From NCBI GenBank assembly GCA_021151525.1, contig JAGKXD010000003.1:26978-90977 (forward strand): DNA of 64,000 nt. Direction: 5' to 3'. The translations under genes were made by a program, and so were the position numbers. The first letter of the stretch is position 1. Every line of letters begins with the position of its first letter. This document shows, piece by piece, positions 9,871 through 19,408 of the stretch. The notes under the pieces are model-generated. The model did not search any database. It saw nothing but the letters and a program-made list of their open reading frames with translations, and had not been told where the DNA came from. This DNA is from Cellvibrionaceae bacterium (GTDB taxonomy: Bacteria; Pseudomonadota; Gammaproteobacteria; Pseudomonadales; Cellvibrionaceae).

Positions 9871-11219
9871 TGAATAACGAAATAACAACAAGCACAGCTC
9901 CAGCCCCCGTCACTTTTTGGCAAGCCTTTTGGTTTTGGTTAAAACTCGGCTTCATTAGTTTCGGTGGCCCTGCGGGGCAAATTTCTATCATGCATCAAGA
10001 GTTGGTAGAAAATCGCCGCTGGATTTCCGAAAAGCGTTTTTTACACGCGCTCAATTACTGCATGGTGTTACCGGGGCCAGAGGCGCAACAGCTTGCCACT
10101 TATATCGGCTGGTTGATGCACCGCACCTGGGGCGGTGTGATTGCAGGCGCCCTGTTTGTTTTGCCTTCGCTGTTTATTTTAATTTTGTTGTCATGGATTT
10201 ATATCGCTTACGGCGATGTGACTTGGGTCGCCGGATTATTTTATGGCATCAAACCCGCAGTCACTGCCATCGTGTTGCAAGCGGCGCATCGCATAGGTTC
10301 GCGCGCGTTGAAAAATAATATTTTGTGGGCGATTGCAGGTGCATCTTTTGTTGCGATTTTTGCATTAAATGTTCCCTTCCCGATTATTGTCTTGGCTGCC
10401 GCACTTATAGGTTATATCGGTGGGCGCTTTGCACCCACTATTTTTAATGCAGCGGGCGGTCACGGCGCAGCGAAAAAATCTTACGGTGCTGCAATCATTG
10501 ACGATAAAACACCTACACCAGCGCATGCGCTTTTTAGTTGGAAAAAATTGATTGCCGTATTTGCTGTAGGATTTATGTTGTGGATTATTCCACTCGGTGC
10601 GCTTTGCGCAATTTACGGTTGGCAACATGACTTCACGCAAATGGCTTGGTTCTTTACCAAAGCCGCGCTTTTAACCTTTGGTGGTGCTTACGCGGTGTTG
10701 CCATATGTTTACCAAGGCGCAGTTGGTCACTATCAATGGTTAACGCCTACACAAATGATTGATGGTCTCGCATTAGGCGAAACAACACCGGGGCCATTAA
10801 TTATGGTGGTGGCCTTTGTGGGTTTTGTTGGCGGTTACGTGAAAGCACTCTTAGGTGTTGATCATTTATTTTTATCCGGCGCGCTTGCAGCAACCTTGGT
10901 AACGTGGTTTACGTTTTTACCATCATTTATTTTTATTTTAGCGGGCGGGCCTTTCGTGGAAACAACGCACAACAATTTAAAATTCACTGCGCCGCTTACA
11001 GCGATTACTGCGTCCGTAGTGGGCGTAATTCTAAACCTCGCATTATTCTTCGGTTATCATGTGTTATGGCCGCAGGGGTTTAGTGGGCATTTTGATATAG
11101 GTTCTGCGGTGATTGCTCTCGCTGCTGCCGTTGCGCTGTTTAAATTTAAGCGCAATGTGATTCATGTGATTGGCGCGGCGGCGTTGATTGGCTTGGTGTT
11201 GAAATTATTTGTGCTGTAA
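9870..11219 (+). CDS. chrA: Chromate efflux transporter (long-chain CHR family)
   Basis: LGFISFGGPAGQI, LPGPEAQQLA, LTFGGAYAVL, ETTPGPLI duplicated CHR motifs. Confidence 0.95.
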   Translation: MNNEITTSTAPAPVTFWQAFWFWLKLGFISFGGPAGQISIMHQELVENRRWISEKRFLHALNYCMVLPGPEAQQLATYIGWLMHRTWGGVIAGALFVLPSLFILILLSWIYIAYGDVTWVAGLFYGIKPAVTAIVLQAAHRIGSRALKNNILWAIAGASFVAIFALNVPFPIIVLAAALIGYIGGRFAPTIFNAAGGHGAAKKSYGAAIIDDKTPTPAHALFSWKKLIAVFAVGFMLWIIPLGALCAIYGWQHDFTQMAWFFTKAALLTFGGAYAVLPYVYQGAVGHYQWLTPTQMIDGLALGETTPGPLIMVVAFVGFVGGYVKALLGVDHLFLSGALAATLVTWFTFLPSFIFILAGGPFVETTHNNLKFTAPLTAITASVVGVILNLALFFGYHVLWPQGFSGHFDIGSAVIALAAAVALFKFKRNVIHVIGAAALIGLVLKLFVL

Positions 11220-11231
11220 CAATGTATTTTT

Positions 11232-11264
11232 CGTCATTCCCGCTCGCGCGGGATGACGACTCCC
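11232..11264. repeat. Single CGTC-type REP hairpin between convergent genes
   Basis: CGTCATTCCCGC-TCGC-GCGGGATGACGACTCCC. Confidence 0.75.
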
Positions 11265-11278
11265 CTCTCAAAAACCAA

Positions 11279-12043
11279 TCATTGACGCATTAAATTCTTT
11301 TTCTGCAAATACAAAATATAAGTACCCCAGGCTAGCGCCAGCAAAATCATAAACGCCCCTATATTAAAACTCGCATGAGCAATTGTGTGAGTTTTTTCCA
11401 GCGAGTGTGTCATGGTCAATAAATTTCCCCAGTCGTGGGATTCCTCACCGCCGCCTCCTACGAGCGGCAGCATGCGATATTGTGCATCGTCAATGTAGGG
11501 CGATACATCAATAAAATTTTGTCCGCTCCACCAAAGCATAATGCTTGCGGCAAAATTATCCTGTTGCTTCCACATAAATGCGCCCATTAAAAATAACGGC
11601 CACAGCACTTGAAATAAACTACCCCCTAAAATTGTCATAAAGTGACCAAATGGTCTGAAAAATACGTGGCCAAATTCGTGGAAGGCTAAATTGGGATTGT
11701 GTAAAAATGAACTGCCAATTTTTTCCCAATCCACACCGGCACTAATAAAATAAAATCCCCACAACGCAAAAGCTACAAGCGTTAGTACACGAGCCCAAAA
11801 AACGGCGGGGTCTATATTCTCTGGAACATAGGTAATAAATTCGCGCAAGGTTTGGCGCGTTTCAATATCTTCATCATCCGCATGTACCTGCGGCTTAGGT
11901 TTTACGGAATTGGTTATTTCTGCTGTTTGCTGGCGCGCAATCCATTTGGCGTAAACGATTCCACAGGCAGGGCAAATATCTGAATTCACTTGAGCATCTA
12001 TAGCGCGGCGCTGGTAGTGGCATTTTGGGCATTCGGTTATCAT
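11279..12043 (-). CDS. Zinc-ribbon membrane protein with HExGH (M50B-like) domain
   Basis: CPKC...CPAC; NLAFHEFGH; several TM helices; HDW motif. Confidence 0.7.
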   Translation of the reverse strand: MITECPKCHYQRRAIDAQVNSDICPACGIVYAKWIARQQTAEITNSVKPKPQVHADDEDIETRQTLREFITYVPENIDPAVFWARVLTLVAFALWGFYFISAGVDWEKIGSSFLHNPNLAFHEFGHVFFRPFGHFMTILGGSLFQVLWPLFLMGAFMWKQQDNFAASIMLWWSGQNFIDVSPYIDDAQYRMLPLVGGGGEESHDWGNLLTMTHSLEKTHTIAHASFNIGAFMILLALAWGTYILYLQKKNLMRQ

Positions 12044-12055
12044 AAATTTTCGTCC

Positions 12056-12706
12056 TTATAATGCTTTTCTAAATGTCAGGTTGATTCGCTGTTCGCCCAA
12101 CCCTGGATGCTTACCCGCTTTTATTGGCAGTACACCGTGAAAAAATAATCGTGCAGGCCCACCCCATACAACCACATCGCCATGCTCAAGTGGTAGTCGA
12201 ATAGTTTTATCTTCCCGCGCTAAACCACCAAAAAGAAATGTAGCGGGTAAACCTAAAGAAACTGACACAATTGGTTGTGAAAAATCTTTTTCGTTTTTAT
12301 CTTGGTGCAACGACATTTTTGCACCGGCTTGGTAACGATTAATTAAACAGGAATCGGGAACAAAATTTTTGTAGCCGGCTGTATCTGCTGCTTGTTGTGC
12401 AAGTTGTAAAAAACTTTCCGGCATTTGCGGCCAAGGCAAATTCGTGGAAGGATTTTTTTTGCTGTAGCGATAGCCATAAGCGTCACTCACCCAACCGGCA
12501 AGACCACAACTAGTTGTGGTAACAGACATGGCCAATCCACTCGGTGTATACATTTTTGTAAATGGTGATAGTGCAACAAGCTGGTGCAAACTGGTCAGTA
12601 AATCCTGCTCATTGCTGAGAGCAAATTCGGACAAAAAGACAACTCCATCGCCGATTGTTTGAATCGCGTTGCACGGGTTGGAATTGAATAAATCGAGATT
12701 TCTCAT
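12056..12706 (-). CDS. alkB: Fe(II)/2-oxoglutarate DNA demethylase AlkB
   Basis: GWVSDAYGYRY, CLINRY, LHQDKNE, FHGV, RINLTFRKA. Confidence 0.95.
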   Translation of the reverse strand: MRNLDLFNSNPCNAIQTIGDGVVFLSEFALSNEQDLLTSLHQLVALSPFTKMYTPSGLAMSVTTTSCGLAGWVSDAYGYRYSKKNPSTNLPWPQMPESFLQLAQQAADTAGYKNFVPDSCLINRYQAGAKMSLHQDKNEKDFSQPIVSVSLGLPATFLFGGLAREDKTIRLPLEHGDVVVWGGPARLFFHGVLPIKAGKHPGLGEQRINLTFRKAL

Positions 12707-12820
12707 GTCGCTAAAATTATAACAAGCTTGTATTTGAAGTTGTTCGCATAAAACTTAATTTTAACTCGCGTAATTTATGCGTATGAGAGGTAAATGGACT
12801 AAAGTTAAGAGTATCCTTCA

Positions 12821-13774
12821 ATGAAGCTGCTTTTTACAGTTCAAACTCTGGCTGGATTAATCATGTCTGTACAGCCTGTTCGATCTATTCGCATGCTAGT
12901 GCCTATGCTACTGACGAGTCTGTTGGTGTGGGCGAGCGTTGCCTTTGCGTTGGCCAATCCGGCGCGAGACCCCATGATTATTAAATACCATTTTAGCGAC
13001 TCCGGCGATTATCACCACGGCTACAACGTTGAACTGATCAAACGCGTTCTTGAAGTTACGCGCCCGGAATTTGGCGATTACCTTATTCAAACATACAGCC
13101 AAGCACCTATTGCCAAACGTCAGGCGGTATTACTTAACGAGGGAAAGTTACTCAATATGCAATGGTCATCGCCGGGAACGGATATTGCTGGCGCAGATGT
13201 TATTGAAATTCCCATTGATATTTTGCGTGGCCTACAAGGTTATCGCGTGTGCATGATTAATGCGGGTGCTGATATAAACTTTTCCAAAGTCGTTGATTTA
13301 GAATCCTTTAAAAAATTACGCATTGCGCAAGGTTCTGCTTGGGGTGAACTGCCCATTTATTATTACAACGGAATCACTCCCTTAGAGCCGCCCACCTTGG
13401 GTGGCTTGTATCCCATGCTAGGTTTTAAACGGTTTGATTGTGTGCCGCTGGGCGTTAATGAAATTAGTACAATTCTCGACGTTGAAAAGCCGCACTTTCC
13501 TTTTCTTGCAATCGAAAAAAGTCTTTTAATTTATTATGACTTTCCCATTTATTTTTACGTCAGCAAAAAATATCCGGAAATTGCAAAACGAATGGAATTG
13601 GGGTTGAAGAAGATGATCGCGTCTGGCGAATTTAACAACCTATTCAATGAGTACCATCAAAAAAATTTAGCGCAGTTACACGTTAAAGAACGGCACTTAA
13701 TTTGTTTAAAATCGCCGCTTTCAAAAGAAACTCATCAATGTGAAAAAGCAGTGGAGCAATTAAAGCAGCTTTAG
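12821..13774 (+). CDS. Orphan periplasmic substrate-binding-like protein (PBP type 2); start uncertain
   Basis: IPIDILRGLQGYR, AQGSAW, RFDCVPLG, YFYVSK pattern typical of this family. Confidence 0.65.
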   Translation: MKLLFTVQTLAGLIMSVQPVRSIRMLVPMLLTSLLVWASVAFALANPARDPMIIKYHFSDSGDYHHGYNVELIKRVLEVTRPEFGDYLIQTYSQAPIAKRQAVLLNEGKLLNMQWSSPGTDIAGADVIEIPIDILRGLQGYRVCMINAGADINFSKVVDLESFKKLRIAQGSAWGELPIYYYNGITPLEPPTLGGLYPMLGFKRFDCVPLGVNEISTILDVEKPHFPFLAIEKSLLIYYDFPIYFYVSKKYPEIAKRMELGLKKMIASGEFNNLFNEYHQKNLAQLHVKERHLICLKSPLSKETHQCEKAVEQLKQL

Positions 13775-13907
13775 CAGCACTAATTTGCGTGCCCATTACA
13801 AAAGTAATCAGATGCTTCAGAATGGCCATCTTAACCAAGCTTAACTTTTAAACCTAGGACGCTACTACTAAGCTAATCAAATCTACTTTAACTGAGGCGT
13901 GGAGACT

Positions 13908-14939
13908 ATGCGAAACACAGTTTATAAAAACCTAGTAAAAATACTATTTGTAGTTGCATCCTTATTTACACTTGTATCCTCTGTACAAGCGCATGAATTT
14001 AAAGTGCATAAAAATATTGTATGGGCATCACCTAAAAATTTTCCGTTAACGCTTGATCTTTATGTACCTTCAACGGGAAAAGCAAACTACCCAGTGCTGA
14101 TTATTTATCACGGTGGTGGTTGGCTCATTAACAATAACTCAATTATGAATTCCATGGCTGAATATGTTGCGACCCATGGTGAGTTTGTTGTTGCCAACGT
14201 GAATTACCGTTTGTTACCTGATAACCAAAATACAACGACCATAAATGAAATTGTAGAAGATGCCATGGGCGCTACGCTGTGGGTAAAAGATAATATTGCG
14301 CAATATGGCGGCGACCCTAAACGCATTGCAGTAACGGGCGATAGCGCCGGCGGACACCTTGCTTCTATGATTGTAACCAGCGGCCGCAATTTAACTAGCG
14401 ATGGTTTTTCCGCAAAAGGTTTAGGTTTTCATCCAACTTATTTGCCCAAAGGTAAAACTGCAGAGCAACTTGCGAAGGCAGATGCGTTAAAAGTTCAAGC
14501 GGCAGTTATTAGTTATGGTGCATTTGATATGTATGCCAATGCCAGCAATGGCTTTGAAAAACCAAGTAATATTTTTTGGGCGCTTGCAAAAGCTGAAGCG
14601 CGCGGGATTTTTGGCAAGACTATTAATGTGACTGACAATGCCGATTACTACAAAGCCGTATCACCTATTTACAATATTCCTGCCGCTGCGAATTACAAAC
14701 TACCACCACAATTTATACATGTTGGTAGTACCGACAACACAACGCCGCCCGCATCAGTAAAACTTTATGTAGATGCCTTGCAAAAAGCAGGGCAGCCAGT
14801 GGAGTTCAAGCTCTATGAAGGAAAAAATCATGCCTTCTTAGATAGTGGATGCAATGAGTTTTTGAAAACCTGTTTTGATAAAGATGCACCGAATACCTTG
14901 AACGACATCATTCAGTTCTTAGAAAAGACTTTGAAGTAA
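13908..14939 (+). CDS. Secreted HSL-family esterase (alpha/beta hydrolase)
   Basis: Signal peptide; HGGGW oxyanion motif; GDSAGG; C-terminal HAF. Confidence 0.9.
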   Translation: MRNTVYKNLVKILFVVASLFTLVSSVQAHEFKVHKNIVWASPKNFPLTLDLYVPSTGKANYPVLIIYHGGGWLINNNSIMNSMAEYVATHGEFVVANVNYRLLPDNQNTTTINEIVEDAMGATLWVKDNIAQYGGDPKRIAVTGDSAGGHLASMIVTSGRNLTSDGFSAKGLGFHPTYLPKGKTAEQLAKADALKVQAAVISYGAFDMYANASNGFEKPSNIFWALAKAEARGIFGKTINVTDNADYYKAVSPIYNIPAAANYKLPPQFIHVGSTDNTTPPASVKLYVDALQKAGQPVEFKLYEGKNHAFLDSGCNEFLKTCFDKDAPNTLNDIIQFLEKTLK

Positions 14940-14942
14940 TTG

Positions 14943-14988
14943 GTTGAAATAAAAAAGGCGACACATGTGTCGCCTTTTTTATTTCAAC
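14943..14988. terminator. Bidirectional terminator, perfect 46-bp palindrome
   Basis: GTTGAAATAAAAAAGGCGACACA|TGTGTCGCCTTTTTTATTTCAAC between convergent genes. Confidence 0.9.
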
Positions 14989-15039
14989 TGTAACCATCAA
15001 GAAAGCATTGGTTAGACTAAGCTATGCGTATATATAAAA

Positions 15040-15717
15040 TTATTTTTTCTCTGGCACTATTGTCCATTCTGGAAATGTTACGAAAGTAAAAACGTATATT
15101 TCTTTGTTGTTCTCTGCAGCTTGGCCTTCAAATTTCTTGGTCACATAAGCATCCACATCTTTTAATACTTGCTCAGGGACAATTTCAATAATTTCTTGTT
15201 TGGTGAGCGGGTTACGCACAGAAGCAACGGTGGACGAAATATATTTATTATCCTTAGGCACCACTTTTGAAATAAAGGCAGCGCGGCCTACTTGAACAAG
15301 ATCCAGCGCTTTACCTTGTAAATTCCCTTCCTCATTACCATCCGCAGTGACAATTGACCAGTCTTCAAGTTGTTCAAGATTAACTTTAATGGCATCACCC
15401 GATTTAAATTTTACTTGCCCTAGCGGATCACTTGCGATAGTACCTATGTAGGTTTTATTTTCAATTTTTTTAACCTTCACAAAGATTTGTTCAGAATGCC
15501 CGTCCTGATTAAGCTTGGTTACAACATAAAAAACTTTGCCAGCTTTAGCATTAAATTTTTCATTAAAGCCATCGATGCTGGCTTGAGCCCGACTTTTATA
15601 CTCATTCAGGATATTCGTCATATCGGGTTTTATGGTAGTTGGCATATCTTTAAATTTAAGATCATCAGCGAAAGCTATAGTCGAAACTAGAAAGGTAAAA
15701 AATAAGGCGTATTTCAT
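15040..15717 (-). CDS. Secreted DUF2314 (YegJ-like) protein
   Basis: Signal peptide; EQIFV...GTIASDP...DW...EGN pattern. Confidence 0.65.
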   Translation of the reverse strand: MKYALFFTFLVSTIAFADDLKFKDMPTTIKPDMTNILNEYKSRAQASIDGFNEKFNAKAGKVFYVVTKLNQDGHSEQIFVKVKKIENKTYIGTIASDPLGQVKFKSGDAIKVNLEQLEDWSIVTADGNEEGNLQGKALDLVQVGRAAFISKVVPKDNKYISSTVASVRNPLTKQEIIEIVPEQVLKDVDAYVTKKFEGQAAENNKEIYVFTFVTFPEWTIVPEKK

Positions 15718-15754
15718 GGCGATGTCCTATCTGTTATTTATAGTTAATTTTTTA

Positions 15755-16069
15755 TTAATCTTGCATCACCCCCCAAGACTCGCAAACGCCACCAACTTTT
15801 GCGACTTCATCACTAACCAGTTTTTGCATGGATGTAACCATTTTGTAGGTCAAAAGGCCACTTATTTGGAATTGTGCGTAACCTGACTCATTGTTGCCGA
15901 AGAATTGACAATCTGGGTATAGTTTTTTTACGTACTCATATTCTGAATCGGTAATCGGCCAATGATCAAAATCAATATTGAAATCAACAAGCGTTTCTTT
16001 ACTAAAATCAAATCCGCTTATCTCCATTCGTCTAAATACGTCACCATCGGCATCATTTGGCCAGTTCAT
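15755..16069 (-). CDS. RraB-like (ribonuclease E inhibitor) domain protein
   Basis: WPNDADGDVFRRM...GFDFSK...DF; C-terminal GGVCESWG. Confidence 0.75.
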   Translation of the reverse strand: MNWPNDADGDVFRRMEISGFDFSKETLVDFNIDFDHWPITDSEYEYVKKLYPDCQFFGNNESGYAQFQISGLLTYKMVTSMQKLVSDEVAKVGGVCESWGVMQD

Positions 16070-16165
16070 ATAATTTCTCCATGATTTAAATTGATTTCTG
16101 CATTATGAGTTTTATATTTAAAGGTCGTAACAGGGATTTTGTAGTTTTCTAATGATAAATACAAG

Positions 16166-16579
16166 TTACCTAGTACTAAGAAAATCTTGCAATCTGGTTT
16201 TGAGCCTGCCAATCGCCAATGGATGTTCCAAAAATTCAGCAATATCCATTAACTGCCAATACTGCCCTTCATTGCTAAACACAATTGCATCTACTTCTTC
16301 TTGTTTTCCTTCTGCTACAAAAAAATAGGAATAGCCAGTGTTGTTAAAGTTCACGCCTATTTGTTTATGAATTAAACGTGATTCATATAGCGTGATTGCA
16401 AATTCTTCTTCCAATTCACGCAGCACACATTGCTCGGGTGTTTCATCCCCTTCGCGTACGCCGCCGGGGAAATCCCACATGTTGGGGAAAGGGATATGCG
16501 CAAAATCATCGCGCAAGTAGACGAGCAATTTTCCGTTGAGAATGTAGGCGAGTTTGCAGGCGGTGAATTCAGTCTTCAT
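16166..16579 (-). CDS. NUDIX hydrolase
   Basis: Nudix box GGVREGDETPEQCVLRELEEEF. Confidence 0.92.
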   Translation of the reverse strand: MKTEFTACKLAYILNGKLLVYLRDDFAHIPFPNMWDFPGGVREGDETPEQCVLRELEEEFAITLYESRLIHKQIGVNFNNTGYSYFFVAEGKQEEVDAIVFSNEGQYWQLMDIAEFLEHPLAIGRLKTRLQDFLSTR

Positions 16580-16593
16580 AAAATTGCTTTGGG

Positions 16594-17352
16594 TTACTCG
16601 TGAAATTGTCCAACTCTAAAAGACATTGGCCAATAAATTTCACGTTCAGTTTCCAAATCGCCCCAAGCATTTTTTAATGCTTCTTCAAAGGTATTAATTT
16701 TGGTTGCGCCTGCATCTGCCTCAAGTGCTTTATAAGCTGACCATGTTGTTATATAGCCGTAGACTTGGTGAAAATTCCAACGAGCATTAATTTGCATATT
16801 GGGAAATTCAATTTCCTGAAAGGGAAACGCCAATGTTTTATAACCGGATTCTACAATTTTGCGCTCGGGTGGCCAGTAGAGATCGAGCGTCTTGCCATAA
16901 AAATTATCAATAATATCCTTACAAGCTGAATCTTTTGTAACTATATTTTGGTAAGTTATTAGTGCAATCATGCCATTAGGTTTTAACACTCGTTTGGCTT
17001 CTACATAAAATTTATCCAAATCAAACCAATGTACGGCTTGGGCGACCGTAATAATATCGACTGAGTTATCGGGCAAAGGAATTTGTTCGGCGGGTGAAAC
17101 TTTATAAATTATGTTTGGATGTTGTTCTGCATTCTCGATTTGATTGCTGCTGGCATCTGTTGCTATAACTTCATCAAAAAAATCAGCAAGCAGAACAGAA
17201 AATTGCCCAGAACCACAACCGCAATCCAATGATCTATGTGTTTCATCACAGAGTTTCGCCAATTCCTCCGCAAGCTCCCGCGGATATTTGGGACGATAGT
17301 TTGCATAAGCGGCAGATTTGGTAGAGAAATAATCTTTAAAGTTTTCGCTCAT
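16594..17352 (-). CDS. Class I SAM-dependent methyltransferase
   Basis: YANYRPKYP, DCGCGSGQ, VAQAVHWFD; start re-called at MSENFKDYF because the upstream extension lies in a REP. Confidence 0.9.
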   Translation of the reverse strand: MSENFKDYFSTKSAAYANYRPKYPRELAEELAKLCDETHRSLDCGCGSGQFSVLLADFFDEVIATDASSNQIENAEQHPNIIYKVSPAEQIPLPDNSVDIITVAQAVHWFDLDKFYVEAKRVLKPNGMIALITYQNIVTKDSACKDIIDNFYGKTLDLYWPPERKIVESGYKTLAFPFQEIEFPNMQINARWNFHQVYGYITTWSAYKALEADAGATKINTFEEALKNAWGDLETEREIYWPMSFRVGQFHE

Positions 17353-17363
17353 ATCCATTTGCT

Positions 17364-17510
17364 CCGTAGGTTGGTGGTAAGGCTTGCGCATGCAAGCTGC
17401 ACCCCAACACGACCATGTATCAATTTAAACCAAAATCATCGCAACGAATTTTAATACCGCTTGCCGAAAGTAAGATACGTTGGGGTGCGCAGGCTTACCC
17501 CAACCTACGG
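17364..17510. repeat. GTAG-type REP doublet (GTAGGTTGGGG variant)
   Basis: CCGTAGGTTGG...ACCCCAAC and GTTGGGGTG...CCCCAACCTACGG. Confidence 0.8.
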
Positions 17511-17519
17511 GTCAGGACT

Positions 17520-18017
17520 TTATAAAAAAGCTTGCGACCAAACGTTCATAAGGCTATGAATGTCACTAAAATCGCGTTCTAGTGATATGGGGTCTTCGGT
17601 TTTTGTAGATGCGTAGATTTTTGAATAGATAAGTTCTTCTAAACCCAAAATAGGGATGGGAATGTCATCAATCACGATGGTTCTTACATTTTTAATTGCT
17701 AGATTAAAATCTAATGCTCCTGCAGAAGTTAATATGTCAATTTCCTTATTCGCTGCATTGGGTAAATGTACCATCTTCAATGGTTGAAGAAGTTCAGTCG
17801 TTGAAATACTACCTTCAATTGGAGTGCTTCGAATGGCAAGTATAAATTTATCAATATTATCCTTATTTCGAGAAATTAAAATATCGATATCATTAGTATC
17901 CCGCTCTTGATGGTAGTGTTTTACCGCATAACCTCCAATTACTATGAAATCTACAGACTCTTGTAAAAGAGCTTTAAGAAATGATTTTTGTATTTCAGTT
18001 AAATTGCCCATTGACAT
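17520..18017 (-). CDS. Nucleotidyltransferase-fold protein (DUF6036/AbiEii-like superfamily), AT-rich
   Basis: IGGYAV..H...RDTNDIDI, EIDIL, LIYSK...RD..DI. Confidence 0.7.
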   Translation of the reverse strand: MSMGNLTEIQKSFLKALLQESVDFIVIGGYAVKHYHQERDTNDIDILISRNKDNIDKFILAIRSTPIEGSISTTELLQPLKMVHLPNAANKEIDILTSAGALDFNLAIKNVRTIVIDDIPIPILGLEELIYSKIYASTKTEDPISLERDFSDIHSLMNVWSQAFL

Positions 18018-18026
18018 ACCTATTTA

Positions 18027-18064
18027 TAAAAAAGCCCGCAATCATTTCTGAGTGCGGGCTTTTT
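18027..18064. terminator. Terminator downstream of pgk
   Basis: AAAAAAAGCCCGCA...TGCGGGCTTTTT. Confidence 0.85.
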
Positions 18065-18089
18065 CAAACTGCGATCTAAAAACTAAATC

Positions 18090-19262
18090 TTAGTTCTTCG
18101 CACGCTCTTCCAAAATCGCAACTGCTGGCAATACTTTTCCTTCAACGAATTCAAGGAATGCACCACCACCAGTAGACACGTAAGAAATTTTGTCAGCCAA
18201 ATTCCACTTGTCGATTGCAGCTAAAGTATCGCCGCCGCCTGCTACAGAGAATGCTTCGCTGTCTGCAATTGCGCGTGAAATAGTTTCGGTGCCTTGCGCG
18301 AATGCATCGAATTCAAATACGCCGCAGGGGCCGTTCCACAAAACAGTTTTGGCGTTTTTGATAATCTCGGCAACGCGTGCTGCGGTCTCTGGACCGTAGT
18401 CGATAATTTCTTCGTCGGCTTGGATTTCATTGGCTTTTTTCGCGGTAGCCACTGAATTGTGGTTCCAAGATTTAAAGCCTTCTTTGGTTACACGCACGTC
18501 AGTGGCGTAAACCACTTCGGTGGTTTTGCACAGGCGTTGTGCTTCTGGAATTAAATCTTTTTCGTAGAGTGAGTTGCCTACTTCGTTACCGGCTGCTGCA
18601 ACGAAGGTGTTGGAGATGCCGCCGCCTACTACGAGAATGTCGGCGATTTTTGAGAGTGCATCTAACACGCTCAATTTGGTGGATACTTTTGAACCGCCAA
18701 CGATTGCAACGAGAGGACGCGCTGGTTTATCGAGAACTTTTGCAAGGGCTTCTAATTCAGCGGCAAGCAAGGGGCCTGCACAGGCGATAGGAGCGAATTT
18801 CGCAACGCCGTGAGTTGAGGCTTGTGCGCGGTGCGCGGTGCCGAAGGCGTCCATTACAAACACGTCGCAAAGTGCAGCCATTTTTTTAGAGAGTTCGTCA
18901 GAGTTTTTGCCTTCGCCTACATTGAAACGAACGTTTTCCAACAATACTAAATCGCCTTGGTCAGCGAAGCCATCAACCCAATCTTTTACCAGCGGAACAT
19001 TGCGGCCTAATTTTTCGCTCAAGTATTTTGCTACTGGCGCGAGTGAAGAAGCTTCTTCGTAAACGCCTTCATCGGGGCGGCCCAAGTGCGACATCACCAT
19101 GACTTTTGCGCCGGCAGCGAGTGCGGCTTTAATGGTTGGGATGGAGGCGTCAATGCGCACCGCAGAGGTGATGCGGCCATCTTCCAGGGGTACGTTCAAG
19201 TCCTGGCGAATCAGAACGCGTTTACCGGCGAGATCCTGGTCTTTCATTAGTTTTACAGTCAT
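18090..19262 (-). CDS. pgk: Phosphoglycerate kinase
   Basis: [29 protein letters not shown]. Confidence 0.99.
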   Translation of the reverse strand: MTVKLMKDQDLAGKRVLIRQDLNVPLEDGRITSAVRIDASIPTIKAALAAGAKVMVMSHLGRPDEGVYEEASSLAPVAKYLSEKLGRNVPLVKDWVDGFADQGDLVLLENVRFNVGEGKNSDELSKKMAALCDVFVMDAFGTAHRAQASTHGVAKFAPIACAGPLLAAELEALAKVLDKPARPLVAIVGGSKVSTKLSVLDALSKIADILVVGGGISNTFVAAAGNEVGNSLYEKDLIPEAQRLCKTTEVVYATDVRVTKEGFKSWNHNSVATAKKANEIQADEEIIDYGPETAARVAEIIKNAKTVLWNGPCGVFEFDAFAQGTETISRAIADSEAFSVAGGGDTLAAIDKWNLADKISYVSTGGGAFLEFVEGKVLPAVAILEERAKN

Positions 19263-19373
19263 GTTGTATCCTCAGATTTACGTTTCGTCGGCTTCACTTG
19301 TGGCGAATCCGGCCTGATAGGTATTGCGAATATTATGGGGTGTGAAGTTTACACAAATTTGTGCCCATGAAAC

Positions 19374-19404
19374 AAAACACCCGACTCGCGTCGGGTGTTT
19401 TTTC
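19374..19404. terminator. Hairpin/terminator after tkt
   Basis: AAAACACCCGAC-TCGC-GTCGGGTGTTTT. Confidence 0.75.
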
Positions 19405-19408
19405 TTTC

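Noticed and set aside
15040-18017. Integron cassette array
   Set aside because: The genes look cassette-like, but I found no attC sites (RYYYAAC...GTTRRRY with internal symmetry) and no integrase
19340-19354. GTGTGAAGTTTACAC near-palindrome upstream of pgk as a HexR-type site
   Set aside because: Single imperfect copy; match too weak to call
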